A stretch of DNA of 64,000 nt, from assembly GCA_964603295.1 (NCBI GenBank), contig CAZRUG010000001.1:53210-117209 (forward strand). Direction: 5' to 3'. Made by a program: the position numbers and the translations under genes. Of the stretch, positions 38,192-47,955 are shown one piece after another. Under the pieces are notes generated by a model that was not told where the DNA came from, searched no databases, and worked only from the letters and a program-made list of their open reading frames with translations. The stretch is from Candidatus Woesearchaeota archaeon. Its GTDB lineage: Archaea; Nanobdellota; Nanobdellia; Pacearchaeales; GW2011-AR1. Every line of letters starts with the position of its first letter. The first letter of the stretch is position 1.

Positions 38192-38575
38192 ATGATAGAT
38201 AATTATGTTTTAGGAAAAACAATTGTAAGAACAGATGAGCAGACCAGATTTCCTCTTCCAGCAGAAGCAAGAAACAAATTAGAAATCTCTGAAAAAGTAG
38301 GGGTTTTTTATATAGAACAAGGATTGGGTTTTGCACACATTCTACCCTATGAGAATTTTAAAAAAGAAATTCAAAAAGCTTCTACACTTCCAAGAGAAGA
38401 TCCAACAAGATTGGCTATTGCAGGCAACTCTTATGAATTTGAATTAGATAAACAAAGCAGATTATTCTTACCAACTTATTTAAGAAATAAATTAAATATT
38501 GAACCAAAGTCAGATTTATTATTAATTTCTAATCTAGATTGCATTACAATTCCAAATCAGTTAAAATTTAAATAG
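38192..38575 (+). CDS. MraZ-like tandem AbrB/SpoVT-fold DNA-binding protein
   Basis: 127 aa with two DxxxR-type repeats (TDEQTRFPLPAEARNKL and LDKQSRLFLPTYLRNKL). Confidence 0.5.
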   Translation: MIDNYVLGKTIVRTDEQTRFPLPAEARNKLEISEKVGVFYIEQGLGFAHILPYENFKKEIQKASTLPREDPTRLAIAGNSYEFELDKQSRLFLPTYLRNKLNIEPKSDLLLISNLDCITIPNQLKFK

Positions 38576-38678
38576 CCCCCCAGTGCTCGCAAGCCCACTC
38601 AGATTTTTTAAAATTACTTTAAGAATAAAATTTCGTGAACTTACTCATCGAACCTTTAGGTTCTCATCCAGAACTCAA

Positions 38679-38751
38679 TAGCTCCACCAGGATTCGAACC
38701 TGGGTCACTTGGCCCAGAACCAAGCATACTTGACCACTGTACTATGGAGCT
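38679..38751 (-). tRNA. tRNA-Gln (anticodon CUG), no encoded CCA
   Basis: Manual fold: acceptor AGCTCCA/TGGAGCT (A1-U72 as in archaeal tRNA-Gln), D-arm GTAC-AGTGGTCAA-GTAT, anticodon arm CTTGG-TTCTGGG-CCAAG, T-arm CCAGG-TTCGAAT-CCTGG. Confidence 0.85.
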
Positions 38752-38802
38752 TTATTTTAGTTATTAAGAAACATTTTTATACTTTTCTTCTTTTATTAAA
38801 TC

Positions 38803-39123
38803 ATGGAAATCGGAGTGACACTCTTTATTGTTGGAATCCTTGTAGCAGCAATTTGGCTTATTATTGAATTAAAAAGATTAAAGCACAAGGTCTTTGCATT
38901 ATTATTAATAGGATTAATTTTATTCTCTTATATAAGTGCTTCAGTTGTTTTTGCAGAAAAAAACATTGATTACACAAGTATAGGAGGATTATCAAAAGCA
39001 GCAGGTATTTATTTCAATTGGCTTGGTTCTGTTTTTTTGAATATAAAAACAATAACTGCAAATGCTATAAAAATGGATTGGACTGGAGATGAAGAAAATT
39101 TTCCTCAAGAACAAGAAGAGTAA
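38803..39123 (+). CDS. Hypothetical membrane protein
   Basis: 106 aa with two or three hydrophobic helices. Confidence 0.45.
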   Translation: MEIGVTLFIVGILVAAIWLIIELKRLKHKVFALLLIGLILFSYISASVVFAEKNIDYTSIGGLSKAAGIYFNWLGSVFLNIKTITANAIKMDWTGDEENFPQEQEE

Positions 39124-39154
39124 TATTTAAAAACTAAAATAACTTTAATATAAC

Positions 39155-39541
39155 ATGGCTACAAAAAAGAAGGTGGGTAAAAAAACTACAAAAAAGACTT
39201 CTAAAAAAACTACAAAGAAAACAATAAAAAAGAAACCAGTTAAGAAAAAAGTTTCTAAAAAAACAACAAAAAAATCACCTGTAAAATCTTCTAAAAAAAA
39301 TTCTCAGAGATTAGTTCAAACGAGAAGAATTAGGGCGACAAAAAGAAAAATTCATGTAACCTCTGGAAACCTTATTTTCTTTTTTATGCTTTTTATTGCA
39401 TCATTCTTATTATATACAGTTTCAACAAAAGAAATTTATGTGAATCTTTTTCAAGTTCTTTCAATGATTCTTGGAGCTATTTCATTAGCTTTATTAATTG
39501 TTTTAGTAACCTTAATGTTTATGCGATATTTTAGAAAATAA
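39155..39541 (+). CDS. Hypothetical membrane protein with N-terminal Lys-rich KKT(T/S)KK repeat region
   Basis: 128 aa; basic low-complexity N-terminus, then two TM helices. Confidence 0.45.
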   Translation: MATKKKVGKKTTKKTSKKTTKKTIKKKPVKKKVSKKTTKKSPVKSSKKNSQRLVQTRRIRATKRKIHVTSGNLIFFFMLFIASFLLYTVSTKEIYVNLFQVLSMILGAISLALLIVLVTLMFMRYFRK

Positions 39542-39546
39542 TTCTA

Positions 39547-39620
39547 AGCCTGTTCTGAGATTTGAACTCAGGACCTCCACATTACCAATGTGACGCTCTA
39601 ACCAACTGAGCTAAACAGGC
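39547..39620 (-). tRNA. tRNA-Thr (anticodon GGU), no encoded CCA
   Basis: Manual fold: acceptor GCCTGTT/AACAGGC, D-arm GCTC-AGTTGGTTA-GAGC, anticodon arm TCACA-TTGGTAA-TGTGG, variable AGGTC, T-arm CTGAG-TTCAAAT-CTCAG. Confidence 0.9.
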
Positions 39621-39672
39621 TTATTTATTCTTAATTAAAAATGTTTATAAAATCTATGTTACAACAATTCTT

Positions 39673-40158
39673 ATGGAAAAAACAAAATTAGAATTAACAA
39701 AAGAGAATTACAAGAAAATTCAAAAAGAATTTAATCTTCCAGATTTCAAAGAACTTAATGAAGATTTTCAAATTGAAAAAATAAAATTCCATAAAACAGA
39801 AAATCCTGTTAGAGAAATAAGAAAATTTTTAACTGAAAAAATGGGTAATTATATGAGATTAATTGAAGCACTAATAAATCCTTCGAGTTCTCCAATGTTC
39901 GTGTTTGCAATGACAAAAACTCTTAAACAAAAAGACAAACAAAAACTTGTAGAAATCTATAAAGAATTCTCAAAATTCCAATTAGACTTAATAAAAATTG
40001 ATTTAGATTTTAGTGAAAAAAACGAAGCAGAATTTGTAAATAAATATTTCAAAAAGTGGAAAGAAATCAAAAAAGACTTTATGTCTATTTTAGAAGTCAT
40101 TGAATCAAATTGGGATAATAAAGTTCCTGTAGATAATGGCAAAGATTATTTTGGATAA
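39673..40158 (+). CDS. Hypothetical protein
   Basis: 161-aa ORF. Confidence 0.4.
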   Translation: MEKTKLELTKENYKKIQKEFNLPDFKELNEDFQIEKIKFHKTENPVREIRKFLTEKMGNYMRLIEALINPSSSPMFVFAMTKTLKQKDKQKLVEIYKEFSKFQLDLIKIDLDFSEKNEAEFVNKYFKKWKEIKKDFMSILEVIESNWDNKVPVDNGKDYFG

Positions 40159-40588
40159 AATGAAAAAATATAAATTAACAAAAGAGGATAAAGAACTTAT
40201 AGAGAAAGCAAAAGAAATAATTGTTAAATCTCGCCCAGTAAACCTAATTGATACCGGTGAGGTTGGTTGTGCACTAATTACTTCTAAAGGAAATCTTTTC
40301 AGAGGCGTTAGTATGGGTTTTTATTGTGGAATTGGTTCTTGTGGAGAATATCAAGCAATTGGAAATATGGTTTCAAATGGAGAAAAAGAAATCAAAACAA
40401 TAGTTGCTGTTTGGTATGATGAAAAAAATAAAAGATATTTTATAATTCCTCCTTGCGGCAAATGTAGAGAAATGATGAATCAAATTGGGAAAAAGAGTAA
40501 AGAGATTTTTGTAATTATTTCAAGAAAAGAAAAAGTTAAATTAAAAGATTTACTCCCCTTAGCATGGGAAGGAAGCATTGAAAAATGA
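40136..40588 (+). CDS. Cytidine/deoxycytidylate deaminase-family zinc-binding protein
   Basis: 150 aa; CGE...PCGKCRE deaminase-like zinc motifs. Confidence 0.5.
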   Translation: MAKIILDKMKKYKLTKEDKELIEKAKEIIVKSRPVNLIDTGEVGCALITSKGNLFRGVSMGFYCGIGSCGEYQAIGNMVSNGEKEIKTIVAVWYDEKNKRYFIIPPCGKCREMMNQIGKKSKEIFVIISRKEKVKLKDLLPLAWEGSIEK

Positions 40589-41115
40589 CTTTAAAAATTC
40601 GCCCAATTCAAGAAAAAGATTATGAAAAAGTTCATGTTTTTCAAAGGACTTTTTTAGATGAAGATTCTTATGAAGATTTTGTCCAAAGAGTTGAATCAAA
40701 TCCAGATTTATACTTAGTTGCTTATCTACAAGAAGATTTGGCGGGAGTTGTTTATGGAAATCCTTCAAAGAATAAGCAAACTGTAATAAACCTTCAAGGA
40801 ATTGCAGTTGATTTAGATAAAAAGTTTGCAAGAAAAGGCATTGGAAGCAAATTAATGGAAGCTTTTGAAAAAGTTGTTAAAGAAAAAGGTTATCAGGTGA
40901 TTGGTGTTGGTTCTGCTGATGATTCAAAAATAGAATCATTTTATTTAAAAAATGGATTTAAACCAATTGAATTAGTTGCAAAAGATGAAGAATATAATGA
41001 GTTGGAAAGAATGGCTATGAATGATTACGAAGAAGGATTAAGTAAAAAAGAAGAATTAAGAGAAAAACATAATCCTCGAGAGGTAATATTTATTTTTGAA
41101 AAAGAGTTGAAATGA
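40585..41115 (+). CDS. GNAT family N-acetyltransferase
   Basis: 176 aa; motif A ARKGIGSKLM. Confidence 0.65.
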   Translation: MTLKIRPIQEKDYEKVHVFQRTFLDEDSYEDFVQRVESNPDLYLVAYLQEDLAGVVYGNPSKNKQTVINLQGIAVDLDKKFARKGIGSKLMEAFEKVVKEKGYQVIGVGSADDSKIESFYLKNGFKPIELVAKDEEYNELERMAMNDYEEGLSKKEELREKHNPREVIFIFEKELK

Positions 41116-41391
41116 AAACTTTTTTATACTCTTATTCTTTTATAAAATTATGAAAACAACTAATGAAATGCAACTTAAAAAGAATGCAATTATTAGTTTA
41201 AACTCTATTCTTAATTTATTAAACTTAGCATAGATTCTCTTCTTTTGAAGGGACAACTATGTCATTTTTCTCACATCAATAAATATGGGGTAATTACATG
41301 ACTATCAAATACTTAATTAAATTAAATAATGCGCAGGAAACAGATATCAACTCGTAGAGTTGTAAATCGTCGAGGCGTATGACTAATCGCA

Positions 41392-42315
41392 ATGGCTATA
41401 CCACATCAAGTACAAAAACAACTTATTAAAAAAAGATTACAAGGCAAAGAAGGCAAAGCAAGAATCGAAGAGATAAAACAAATTGAAAGTGAACTTCCAG
41501 GTTACAACACAGGACCATACGGAGAATTAAAAAAATGGCTAAAGCAAGAATCAGCAAAAGTGGTTACAAAAACAGAGTCAAAACACAAAGAGTTTGTTGA
41601 CATTAAAAAACAAGGAGCAAGACAATTTGTTTTAGTTGGACTTCCAAGTGTAGGAAAAAGTTCTTTAATTAATGCACTTTCAGGATTACAAACAAAAATA
41701 GCTGCTTATGAATTTACAACCCTAAAAGCAATTCCAGCTACAATAAACATTAATGGTGCATACTTTCAAATAATTGATTTACCTGGTTTAATTGAGGGTG
41801 CTTCAGAGGATATTGGAGGAGGAAAAAGATTTATTGGAATGGCAAAAAATTCTGATGGAATATTATTAGTCCATGATTTATCAAAACCAGTAAAAGAAAT
41901 TGATAAGATAAATAATGAATTAAAAAAATCAAAGATAGAGAAACCAATAATTGTAATTGGAAATAAAATTGATCTTCCTCATGGAGAAAGAAGATTGAAA
42001 GAATTAGAAAAGAAATTTCCTAACAATAAAGTCATAGGAATCTCAACAACAAATAAAACTGGTTTGGAGGAATTAACTAAAGAAATGTGGAAAAATTCTG
42101 GTTTAATTAGGGTTTACCCCGAAGATAAATCTGAACCAATTATTTTAGATAAAGATAAGTCTGTAAAAAATCTTGTTCAAAAAATTCATAAGAATTTGTT
42201 AAAAGAATTTAAGTTTGCTTTAGTTACTGGAAAAAGTGCGAAATTTCCTAATCAAAGAGTTGGGTTAAAACATGAATTAGAAGATGAAGACAAAATAACA
42301 ATCAAAACTAACTAA
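41392..42315 (+). CDS. Obg/DRG-family GTPase
   Basis: 307 aa; G1 GLPSVGKSS, G3 DLPG, G4 NKID; DRG-like N-terminal helix. Confidence 0.65.
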   Translation: MAIPHQVQKQLIKKRLQGKEGKARIEEIKQIESELPGYNTGPYGELKKWLKQESAKVVTKTESKHKEFVDIKKQGARQFVLVGLPSVGKSSLINALSGLQTKIAAYEFTTLKAIPATININGAYFQIIDLPGLIEGASEDIGGGKRFIGMAKNSDGILLVHDLSKPVKEIDKINNELKKSKIEKPIIVIGNKIDLPHGERRLKELEKKFPNNKVIGISTTNKTGLEELTKEMWKNSGLIRVYPEDKSEPIILDKDKSVKNLVQKIHKNLLKEFKFALVTGKSAKFPNQRVGLKHELEDEDKITIKTN

Positions 42316-43957
42316 TCTTTTCAAAAATTCCTTCTAAATTAATTTCTAAAAGTGCAACAGGCATTCTTGTTTTCCAATTCCGTAAAATCTTTGGATGAAT
42401 TTCTCCAAGATAACCAGCATCTTTGTCATTTACTTGAATTTTTGCAATCCTTCCATCAATAAAATAATCTGGACAATCATCTGTTTCAATAAACTTGATT
42501 TTAACATCAAGCATTCTTCCCAAATATTCAAGAATTTGTTTTAATTCAGTAAAATAACCTGGTGTCAATGCAATTGAAAGTCTTTCCTCTTCAATAATAT
42601 TTTCCATTGCATCTAAATTAAAAACTCTGCCTAACTCAAAAATCCTTTGAGGATATTCTGAATCAACATTTTCAGCAAAATTCTTTAACATATAATGAGC
42701 CAAATCCTTTCTCAAAATATTATATTCTGTTTTTGATTCTTCTAATTCAATACACTTTTCTTTTTTTGCCTCAAGCCCCATTTTTTCAAATTGATATTTT
42801 TTTGTAGTCAAATGATAATTGGAAACTTCTAACATATTAAGACCAATTAAAATCTCTGCAATCTTTCTTTTTATAATTTCTCGAGGGTTTTCTTGAGCAA
42901 TTGTTGCAATCTCAGGTAATTCAGGAACAAAATTATCATAACCATATGCAATTGCAATATCTTCAATTAAATCAACTTCATGCAAGAAATCTATTCTCCA
43001 CGAAGCAACTTCAACCTCGCCCTTTGAATAATTATGCCCCATTCTTTCTAAAAATTCTTTAATTTGCTTTTCATTTAAATCCAAACCAAGCAACTTATTT
43101 ATATTCTCTATAGAAATTTTTGTTTTTTCTGGAGTAAAATCAGGAGTAATTTCTTTTTTCTTTTTAAACACAAGCTTCATTTGATAAGCCTTTGCTCCCA
43201 TTTCAACTAAACTACTAACTAAAATATTCAGGCTCTTTTTCAATAAACCAAAATCTGAACCAGAACATTCAATAAAAACTTCTTTTGTTTTTTCATTAAT
43301 CTTTCCTGTTTCATGAGAATTAATAATTGGAGGCATACTTAAAACCTTTTCATCAGCGTCGACAAAGACAGGAAACTTTGATTTTCCTTCTAATAAATGG
43401 GCATAATCTCTTCCAGTAGGATGTCTTTGCAAAATATCAAAACCATTCATTTCTCTTTCAGATTCAAGGGGAATAAACTTAATTTTTTCTGGCTCCAAGG
43501 CCTTAAATGTAATTGGTAATTTAATCTTTTCAAGAGGATAAATTCCTATTGCAACTTTTTTTCTTTTTCTTCCCAATGTAAAATGCAATTTCTCTTGAAT
43601 ATCAATTAACTCTTTAATCTTATCTCCATCTAATTTTAATCCTTTAACAATTGCACAAGCAGTATAAGGCCTAACACCCTCGACAGAAGAATCAATTTTA
43701 ACTTCATAATTTTTCTCTGGCTTATTTATCTTATAATCTTTCAAACCTTTTTTCTTTCCTAAAAACGCAAGAAAACCTCTCTTAAATCCATGATAAGACA
43801 ACAAGTCAGGACGATTTGGAAAAACCTCAATCTCAACTTCTGCATCAGTAACTTCTTCAACTGGCGTCCCAAACATTGCAATCTTATGCTGCATTTCATC
43901 TGTAAGTTTTCCAATTTCTTTTTCAAAAAGTTTTTTATTAAATTTTATATTCGCCAT
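42308..43957 (-). CDS. pheT: Phenylalanine--tRNA ligase beta subunit (archaeal type); start placed at MANIKFNK
   Basis: Archaeal PheT N-terminus (FPNRPDLLSYHG); ~550-aa size; adjacent to pheS. Confidence 0.85.
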   Translation of the reverse strand: MANIKFNKKLFEKEIGKLTDEMQHKIAMFGTPVEEVTDAEVEIEVFPNRPDLLSYHGFKRGFLAFLGKKKGLKDYKINKPEKNYEVKIDSSVEGVRPYTACAIVKGLKLDGDKIKELIDIQEKLHFTLGRKRKKVAIGIYPLEKIKLPITFKALEPEKIKFIPLESEREMNGFDILQRHPTGRDYAHLLEGKSKFPVFVDADEKVLSMPPIINSHETGKINEKTKEVFIECSGSDFGLLKKSLNILVSSLVEMGAKAYQMKLVFKKKKEITPDFTPEKTKISIENINKLLGLDLNEKQIKEFLERMGHNYSKGEVEVASWRIDFLHEVDLIEDIAIAYGYDNFVPELPEIATIAQENPREIIKRKIAEILIGLNMLEVSNYHLTTKKYQFEKMGLEAKKEKCIELEESKTEYNILRKDLAHYMLKNFAENVDSEYPQRIFELGRVFNLDAMENIIEEERLSIALTPGYFTELKQILEYLGRMLDVKIKFIETDDCPDYFIDGRIAKIQVNDKDAGYLGEIHPKILRNWKTRMPVALLEINLEGIFEKIS

Positions 43958-44261
43958 TTTTGTGTCGCTCTTCAATAATTTTAATTTTCTTTTCAATTGC
44001 TTCGTTTAAATCCAAACTCATAGATCCTGCAAGTACAGCACAGACAACCATAACATCAGCAATTTCATTTGATAATTCATTCTTTTCTTCTAGTTTGTTA
44101 TTTCTTCCACATTTAAAGTATTTCAAAACTTCATTATTAACCTCACCAACTTCCTCTCCAAGTTTAATTGTGTTTAACAAAGCAAATTCTTTATCACTCC
44201 AATCAAATCTACTCCTTAATCTTTCTGATTCCAATTTAGCAAATTCTATCAACTTTTCCAT
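43938..44261 (-). CDS. MazG-like nucleotide pyrophosphohydrolase-fold protein
   Basis: 107 aa; EEVGEV...EIADVMVV MazG-type motif. Confidence 0.5.
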   Translation of the reverse strand: MEKLIEFAKLESERLRSRFDWSDKEFALLNTIKLGEEVGEVNNEVLKYFKCGRNNKLEEKNELSNEIADVMVVCAVLAGSMSLDLNEAIEKKIKIIEERHKNGEYKI

Positions 44262-44434
44262 TTTATTTTATTGAGATTGTAAGTCCAAGGTCTTCTTCTA
44301 AACGCATATGAAAATGATCATCTATTTGTTCATCCGAATCACCATATTTAATTCCTTCCAAATTTTTTATTAATTCTTCTATCTGTTTTTTTGTTAATTC
44401 CAAACATACTTCTTGATAATTTTCTCCTTCCATC

Positions 44435-45949
44435 TTACTCCTTCACCCAAAATTTCATTTTTCTTAATTTAGTTATGTCGTTTTTATACAACTCTCGAAG
44501 ATCTTTAATTTCATAGTAATCCATTAACAACCTATCAAAACCAGGCCCCCAAGCCATCACAGGAATATGTTTTCCTAAAAGAGGAATTGTCATTTCTGGC
44601 CTAAACATTCCAGCACCACCAATTTCTAACCAAACTTTTCTTTCAGGATGCCAAACATGAATTTCAACTGACGGCTCTGTATAAGGAAAATAAGCAGGAT
44701 TAAATCTAACTTTTGGAAAACCCATTTTATTAAAGAACTGTTGCAAATAACCTAACAAACTTCTAAAGTTTCCTTTTGGATCAATTACAATTCCATCTGT
44801 TTGATTAAACTCAAAACCATGACTCCAGTCAATTGTTTCATTTCTAAAATTCTTTCCAATAATAAAAAACTTTGCAGGCAAATCTTTTTCATCAAGTTCA
44901 GCCATTGTTTTTGCAGAAACACCTGTTGTATGTGTTCTAAGCACAAGTCTCTTTGCTTCAGCCTCACTCCATTTATACTCCCAACCTTTGCTACCATCAA
45001 CACCTTTTTCATGTGATTGTTTCACAGCTTCGACAATTTTTGCATCTGGCAAATCTCCAATTTTATTTATAAAAAATGTATCTTGCATTTCCCGAGCAGG
45101 ATGATCTTGTGGCTGGAACAATGCATCAAAATTCCAAAAACTTTTTTGAACAAAATCTCCAGTCATTTCTTTAAAACCCATATCAGTCCAAACTTTTCGA
45201 GCATAATCAATTGCCTGATTTACAAAATGCCTCTTACCACCATAAATCTGTGGAACAGGCGAAGTCACATCATATCTTCTAAATCTCTTGCCTTTCCAAT
45301 TTTTTTCAGACTTTAATAAATCAGGTGTAACTTGTTCAATCAAGTCTTTAGTTCTAAGTTTTTTTGAAGCCAACTTTTTCCCCAATGCAGTTGGTTTAAC
45401 CTTAACATTAGTTTTATCTTCAATTTCAATAATTTTCTTTCTACTTTGCAAACTCTTTAATGCAAACTCTTGCTCAGGCAACAAAGCCTCGTACTCAATT
45501 GGCAATGAATCAATAAAAATTTCCTCAATTGTCTTTTTTGAAATCTCTTCTTTTGAATTAAGAAAAATCTTTCCAGACTTAATTTCAATAATTGCTTTCT
45601 TTTTCAAAGCTCCAAGAGAAATTTTAAATTCCTCATCTGAAAGTTTACTCTCTTTTTGCGCATCTTTTAAAGAAATAATATGATTTTGAGAAAGCAAATT
45701 CAACAAACGTCTTTCAGGTAAACCTTTTTTCTTATATAAAATTCCATTAACTCCTAAATCAATAGTCTTCTTTTTTTCAGATTCAATTTTAACAATATCT
45801 TTATTCTGCAAATATTCCAGAGAACGCATTACAGCAGCCTTATCAAGATTTGACTTTTTACAAATTTCAATTAAATTCCTTTCTTCTATAAATGGCAAAA
45901 CCTTTCTTTCATTTGGACTCAAAGACTCAAGAATTTTATTTTCATCCAT
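44435..45949 (-). CDS. pheS: Phenylalanine--tRNA ligase alpha subunit
   Basis: 504 aa; class II motifs (FQPQDHPAREMQDTFF, FRNE, GAGMFRPE). Confidence 0.9.
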   Translation of the reverse strand: MDENKILESLSPNERKVLPFIEERNLIEICKKSNLDKAAVMRSLEYLQNKDIVKIESEKKKTIDLGVNGILYKKKGLPERRLLNLLSQNHIISLKDAQKESKLSDEEFKISLGALKKKAIIEIKSGKIFLNSKEEISKKTIEEIFIDSLPIEYEALLPEQEFALKSLQSRKKIIEIEDKTNVKVKPTALGKKLASKKLRTKDLIEQVTPDLLKSEKNWKGKRFRRYDVTSPVPQIYGGKRHFVNQAIDYARKVWTDMGFKEMTGDFVQKSFWNFDALFQPQDHPAREMQDTFFINKIGDLPDAKIVEAVKQSHEKGVDGSKGWEYKWSEAEAKRLVLRTHTTGVSAKTMAELDEKDLPAKFFIIGKNFRNETIDWSHGFEFNQTDGIVIDPKGNFRSLLGYLQQFFNKMGFPKVRFNPAYFPYTEPSVEIHVWHPERKVWLEIGGAGMFRPEMTIPLLGKHIPVMAWGPGFDRLLMDYYEIKDLRELYKNDITKLRKMKFWVKE

Positions 45950-45971
45950 TTTAAACTAAGATATATGAGAT

Positions 45972-46406
45972 TTATAAGAGTTTTGTCATCCAAGTTGGCA
46001 TTCCTAAAACCAATCCAAGTGACTTTAAATCATAAACATCTCTTTTGTATTTTTCTGAAAAAAACTTCATTTTAATTTTATACTTATTACACAAATCAAT
46101 ATTCTGAATAATCCTTGCTAAAACTTCTGCCTTTTCCTTGCCTTTAGAATCAATAATCTCATCAAGATAAATTCCAATCACAACATTATTTTTCTTAGCA
46201 ATCTTTGCCATGACTTGGTTAAACCCAGAATTTCTCTGTTTCATAAAATCTTTTCTATTTTTCAAAGGAATAATTAACATATCAATTTTTAATTTTTCCA
46301 AAACTTTTCTATTTAAATCATCATTTTCACTAAATAAAATATCCTTCTCATTACTGCCTTTAATCTGATTTCTTATTTTTTCAAATGAATTTTCCTTAAT
46401 TATCAT
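45972..46406 (-). CDS. Probable RNase P protein component 3 (Rpp30-like TIM-barrel); start uncertain, ORF extends to 46511
   Basis: Weak similarity to Rpp30 pattern (GFNQVMAKIAKKNNVVIGIYLDEI); small size. Confidence 0.4.
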   Translation of the reverse strand: MIIKENSFEKIRNQIKGSNEKDILFSENDDLNRKVLEKLKIDMLIIPLKNRKDFMKQRNSGFNQVMAKIAKKNNVVIGIYLDEIIDSKGKEKAEVLARIIQNIDLCNKYKIKMKFFSEKYKRDVYDLKSLGLVLGMPTWMTKLL

Positions 46407-46456
46407 TAAAATATTAAGATAATAATATTTATAAATGTTCAAGCTTTCCAAAATAC

Positions 46457-46909
46457 ATGAAAGAGAAAAAAGGGATTTCACCTGTAATTGCAACTGTTCT
46501 TTTAATTTCAATGGTTGTTGTAATTGGGTTAATAATTTTCTTATGGTTTAGTACAATGGTTGAAGAAACTGTTTTAAAATTTGATCAAAATATTAAATTA
46601 TCTTGCCAAGATGTTGACATTGGTGTTGAAAAAGCTGGAAACCAAATTTCAATTTTAAATGAAGGAGATATCCCAATTTACAGATTTGAAGTAGAAATAA
46701 TCGGAGATGGATATTCTGAAACAAAAAATATAAATGATGCTGTTGAAGGAAATAAAATGCAAGGTGGTTTAAATCCTGGTGAAACATATTCTGCAAATAT
46801 TGAGGGAAATCCAAGTGAAATAAATCTTTATCCTGTGTTAATTGGAGAAGCAGATTCAGGAAAAAAAGCTTATGTTTGTGAGGATCAAAAATTCAATGTT
46901 CTACTCTAA
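46457..46909 (+). CDS. Archaeal type IV pilin-like protein (class III signal peptide)
   Basis: 150 aa; N-terminal KKGISPVIATVLLISMVVVIGL, an archaeal prepilin signal with a QXSXEXXXL-like domain. Confidence 0.6.
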   Translation: MKEKKGISPVIATVLLISMVVVIGLIIFLWFSTMVEETVLKFDQNIKLSCQDVDIGVEKAGNQISILNEGDIPIYRFEVEIIGDGYSETKNINDAVEGNKMQGGLNPGETYSANIEGNPSEINLYPVLIGEADSGKKAYVCEDQKFNVLL

Positions 46910-47393
46910 AAAGGCTTTATCAAGTATTGTTGTAACAATCTTTCTTGTTTTACTTGTAATTGTTTTAATTGGAGTAATTTGGTCTTTTGTGGATTCCTTT
47001 GTTCAAGAAGGAATTGATTCTGGAGAAGCTTGCTTTAATGTTTTAGATAAGGTTTTAATTGATAATGAAAACACGTGCTATAATCTTTCTTCAAGTCAAT
47101 TAAAGTTTGCAATCAAGAGAAAAGATATTGAATTAGATAAAATAATTGTTTCAATTGAAAATCAACAATCTGCAGAAGTTCTTTCACTTCAAGAAACTTC
47201 AAAAACAGAAGATTATTTTACAAATTATTCTAAAGGAGAGATATTAGTAATGCCTCCAAAAAAAGCATCTTATTCTTATTATTTTGATACAACTGAATTT
47301 GGTCAACCTTCAAGAATCTCAATTGCACCTGTTGTAAATGGAGTAAACTGCGAAGCAACAGATATTTCTTCTATTGGAAATTGTTTAAGTTAG
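46896..47393 (+). CDS. Archaeal type IV pilin-like protein (start placed at MFYSKKALSSIVV)
   Basis: Class III signal-like KKALSSIVVTIFLVLLVIVLIG. Confidence 0.5.
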   Translation: MFYSKKALSSIVVTIFLVLLVIVLIGVIWSFVDSFVQEGIDSGEACFNVLDKVLIDNENTCYNLSSSQLKFAIKRKDIELDKIIVSIENQQSAEVLSLQETSKTEDYFTNYSKGEILVMPPKKASYSYYFDTTEFGQPSRISIAPVVNGVNCEATDISSIGNCLS

Positions 47394-47436
47394 AAAGAAT
47401 TATAAATAACTTTCAATTTATATCTAAAAGAGTAAA

Positions 47437-47955
47437 ATGAATAAAAGAGGTCAAGTCTGGGTGGAAACTGTTTTGTATACCTTAATAGCATTTGCTTTAA
47501 TAGGAGCAGCACTTTCTTTTGTCAAACCCAAAATTGAAGAAATGCAAGACAAAGCAATAATTGACCAATCTGTTTCTTTGCTTCAAGGAATTGACACAAC
47601 AATGAAAGATATTGAAAGAAAAGGCCATGGCAACAAAAGAAAACTTGAAATTAAAATGGGCAAAGGTTCTTTAACAATAGATAGTCAAGAAGACACATTA
47701 ATATTTCAAACAGAAAGCAAAGCAGTTTACAGTGAACCTGGCGTAAACGTCTATGAAGGAAATATTTTAATTAATACCTTGGAACAAGGAGAATATAATA
47801 AAGTAATACTTTCAATAGATTATAAAGATGATTACAATATCACATTTAATAATCAAGAAGATAAAAAAATAATAAGTTCTTCAACAGGAGCAAAAATTTT
47901 ATTTATTGAAAATAAAGGAGGCGACCCAACTCAAATAAATTTTGAAACAAATTAA
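47437..47955 (+). CDS. Archaeal type IV pilin-like protein
   Basis: 172 aa; N-terminal KRGQVWVETVLYTLIAFALIGAAL class III signal. Confidence 0.55.
   Translation: MNKRGQVWVETVLYTLIAFALIGAALSFVKPKIEEMQDKAIIDQSVSLLQGIDTTMKDIERKGHGNKRKLEIKMGKGSLTIDSQEDTLIFQTESKAVYSEPGVNVYEGNILINTLEQGEYNKVILSIDYKDDYNITFNNQEDKKIISSSTGAKILFIENKGGDPTQINFETN

Noticed and set aside
39170-39300. A-rich low-complexity tract, possible simple-sequence repeat element
   Set aside because: It is in frame within a plausible CDS encoding KKT(T/S)KK repeats. It is treated as coding low-complexity and noted as a slippage-prone tract only.
44274-44430. Possible ~56-aa minus-strand ORF (MEGENYQEVCLELTKKQIEELIKNLEG...) between the MazG-like gene and pheS
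   Set aside because: It is too short, with no recognisable family and no listed ORF support. It is left unannotated.
44785-45683. Several 70-130-aa ORFs on both strands within pheS
   Set aside because: They overlap a strongly supported class II aaRS alpha-subunit gene. They are spurious frames.
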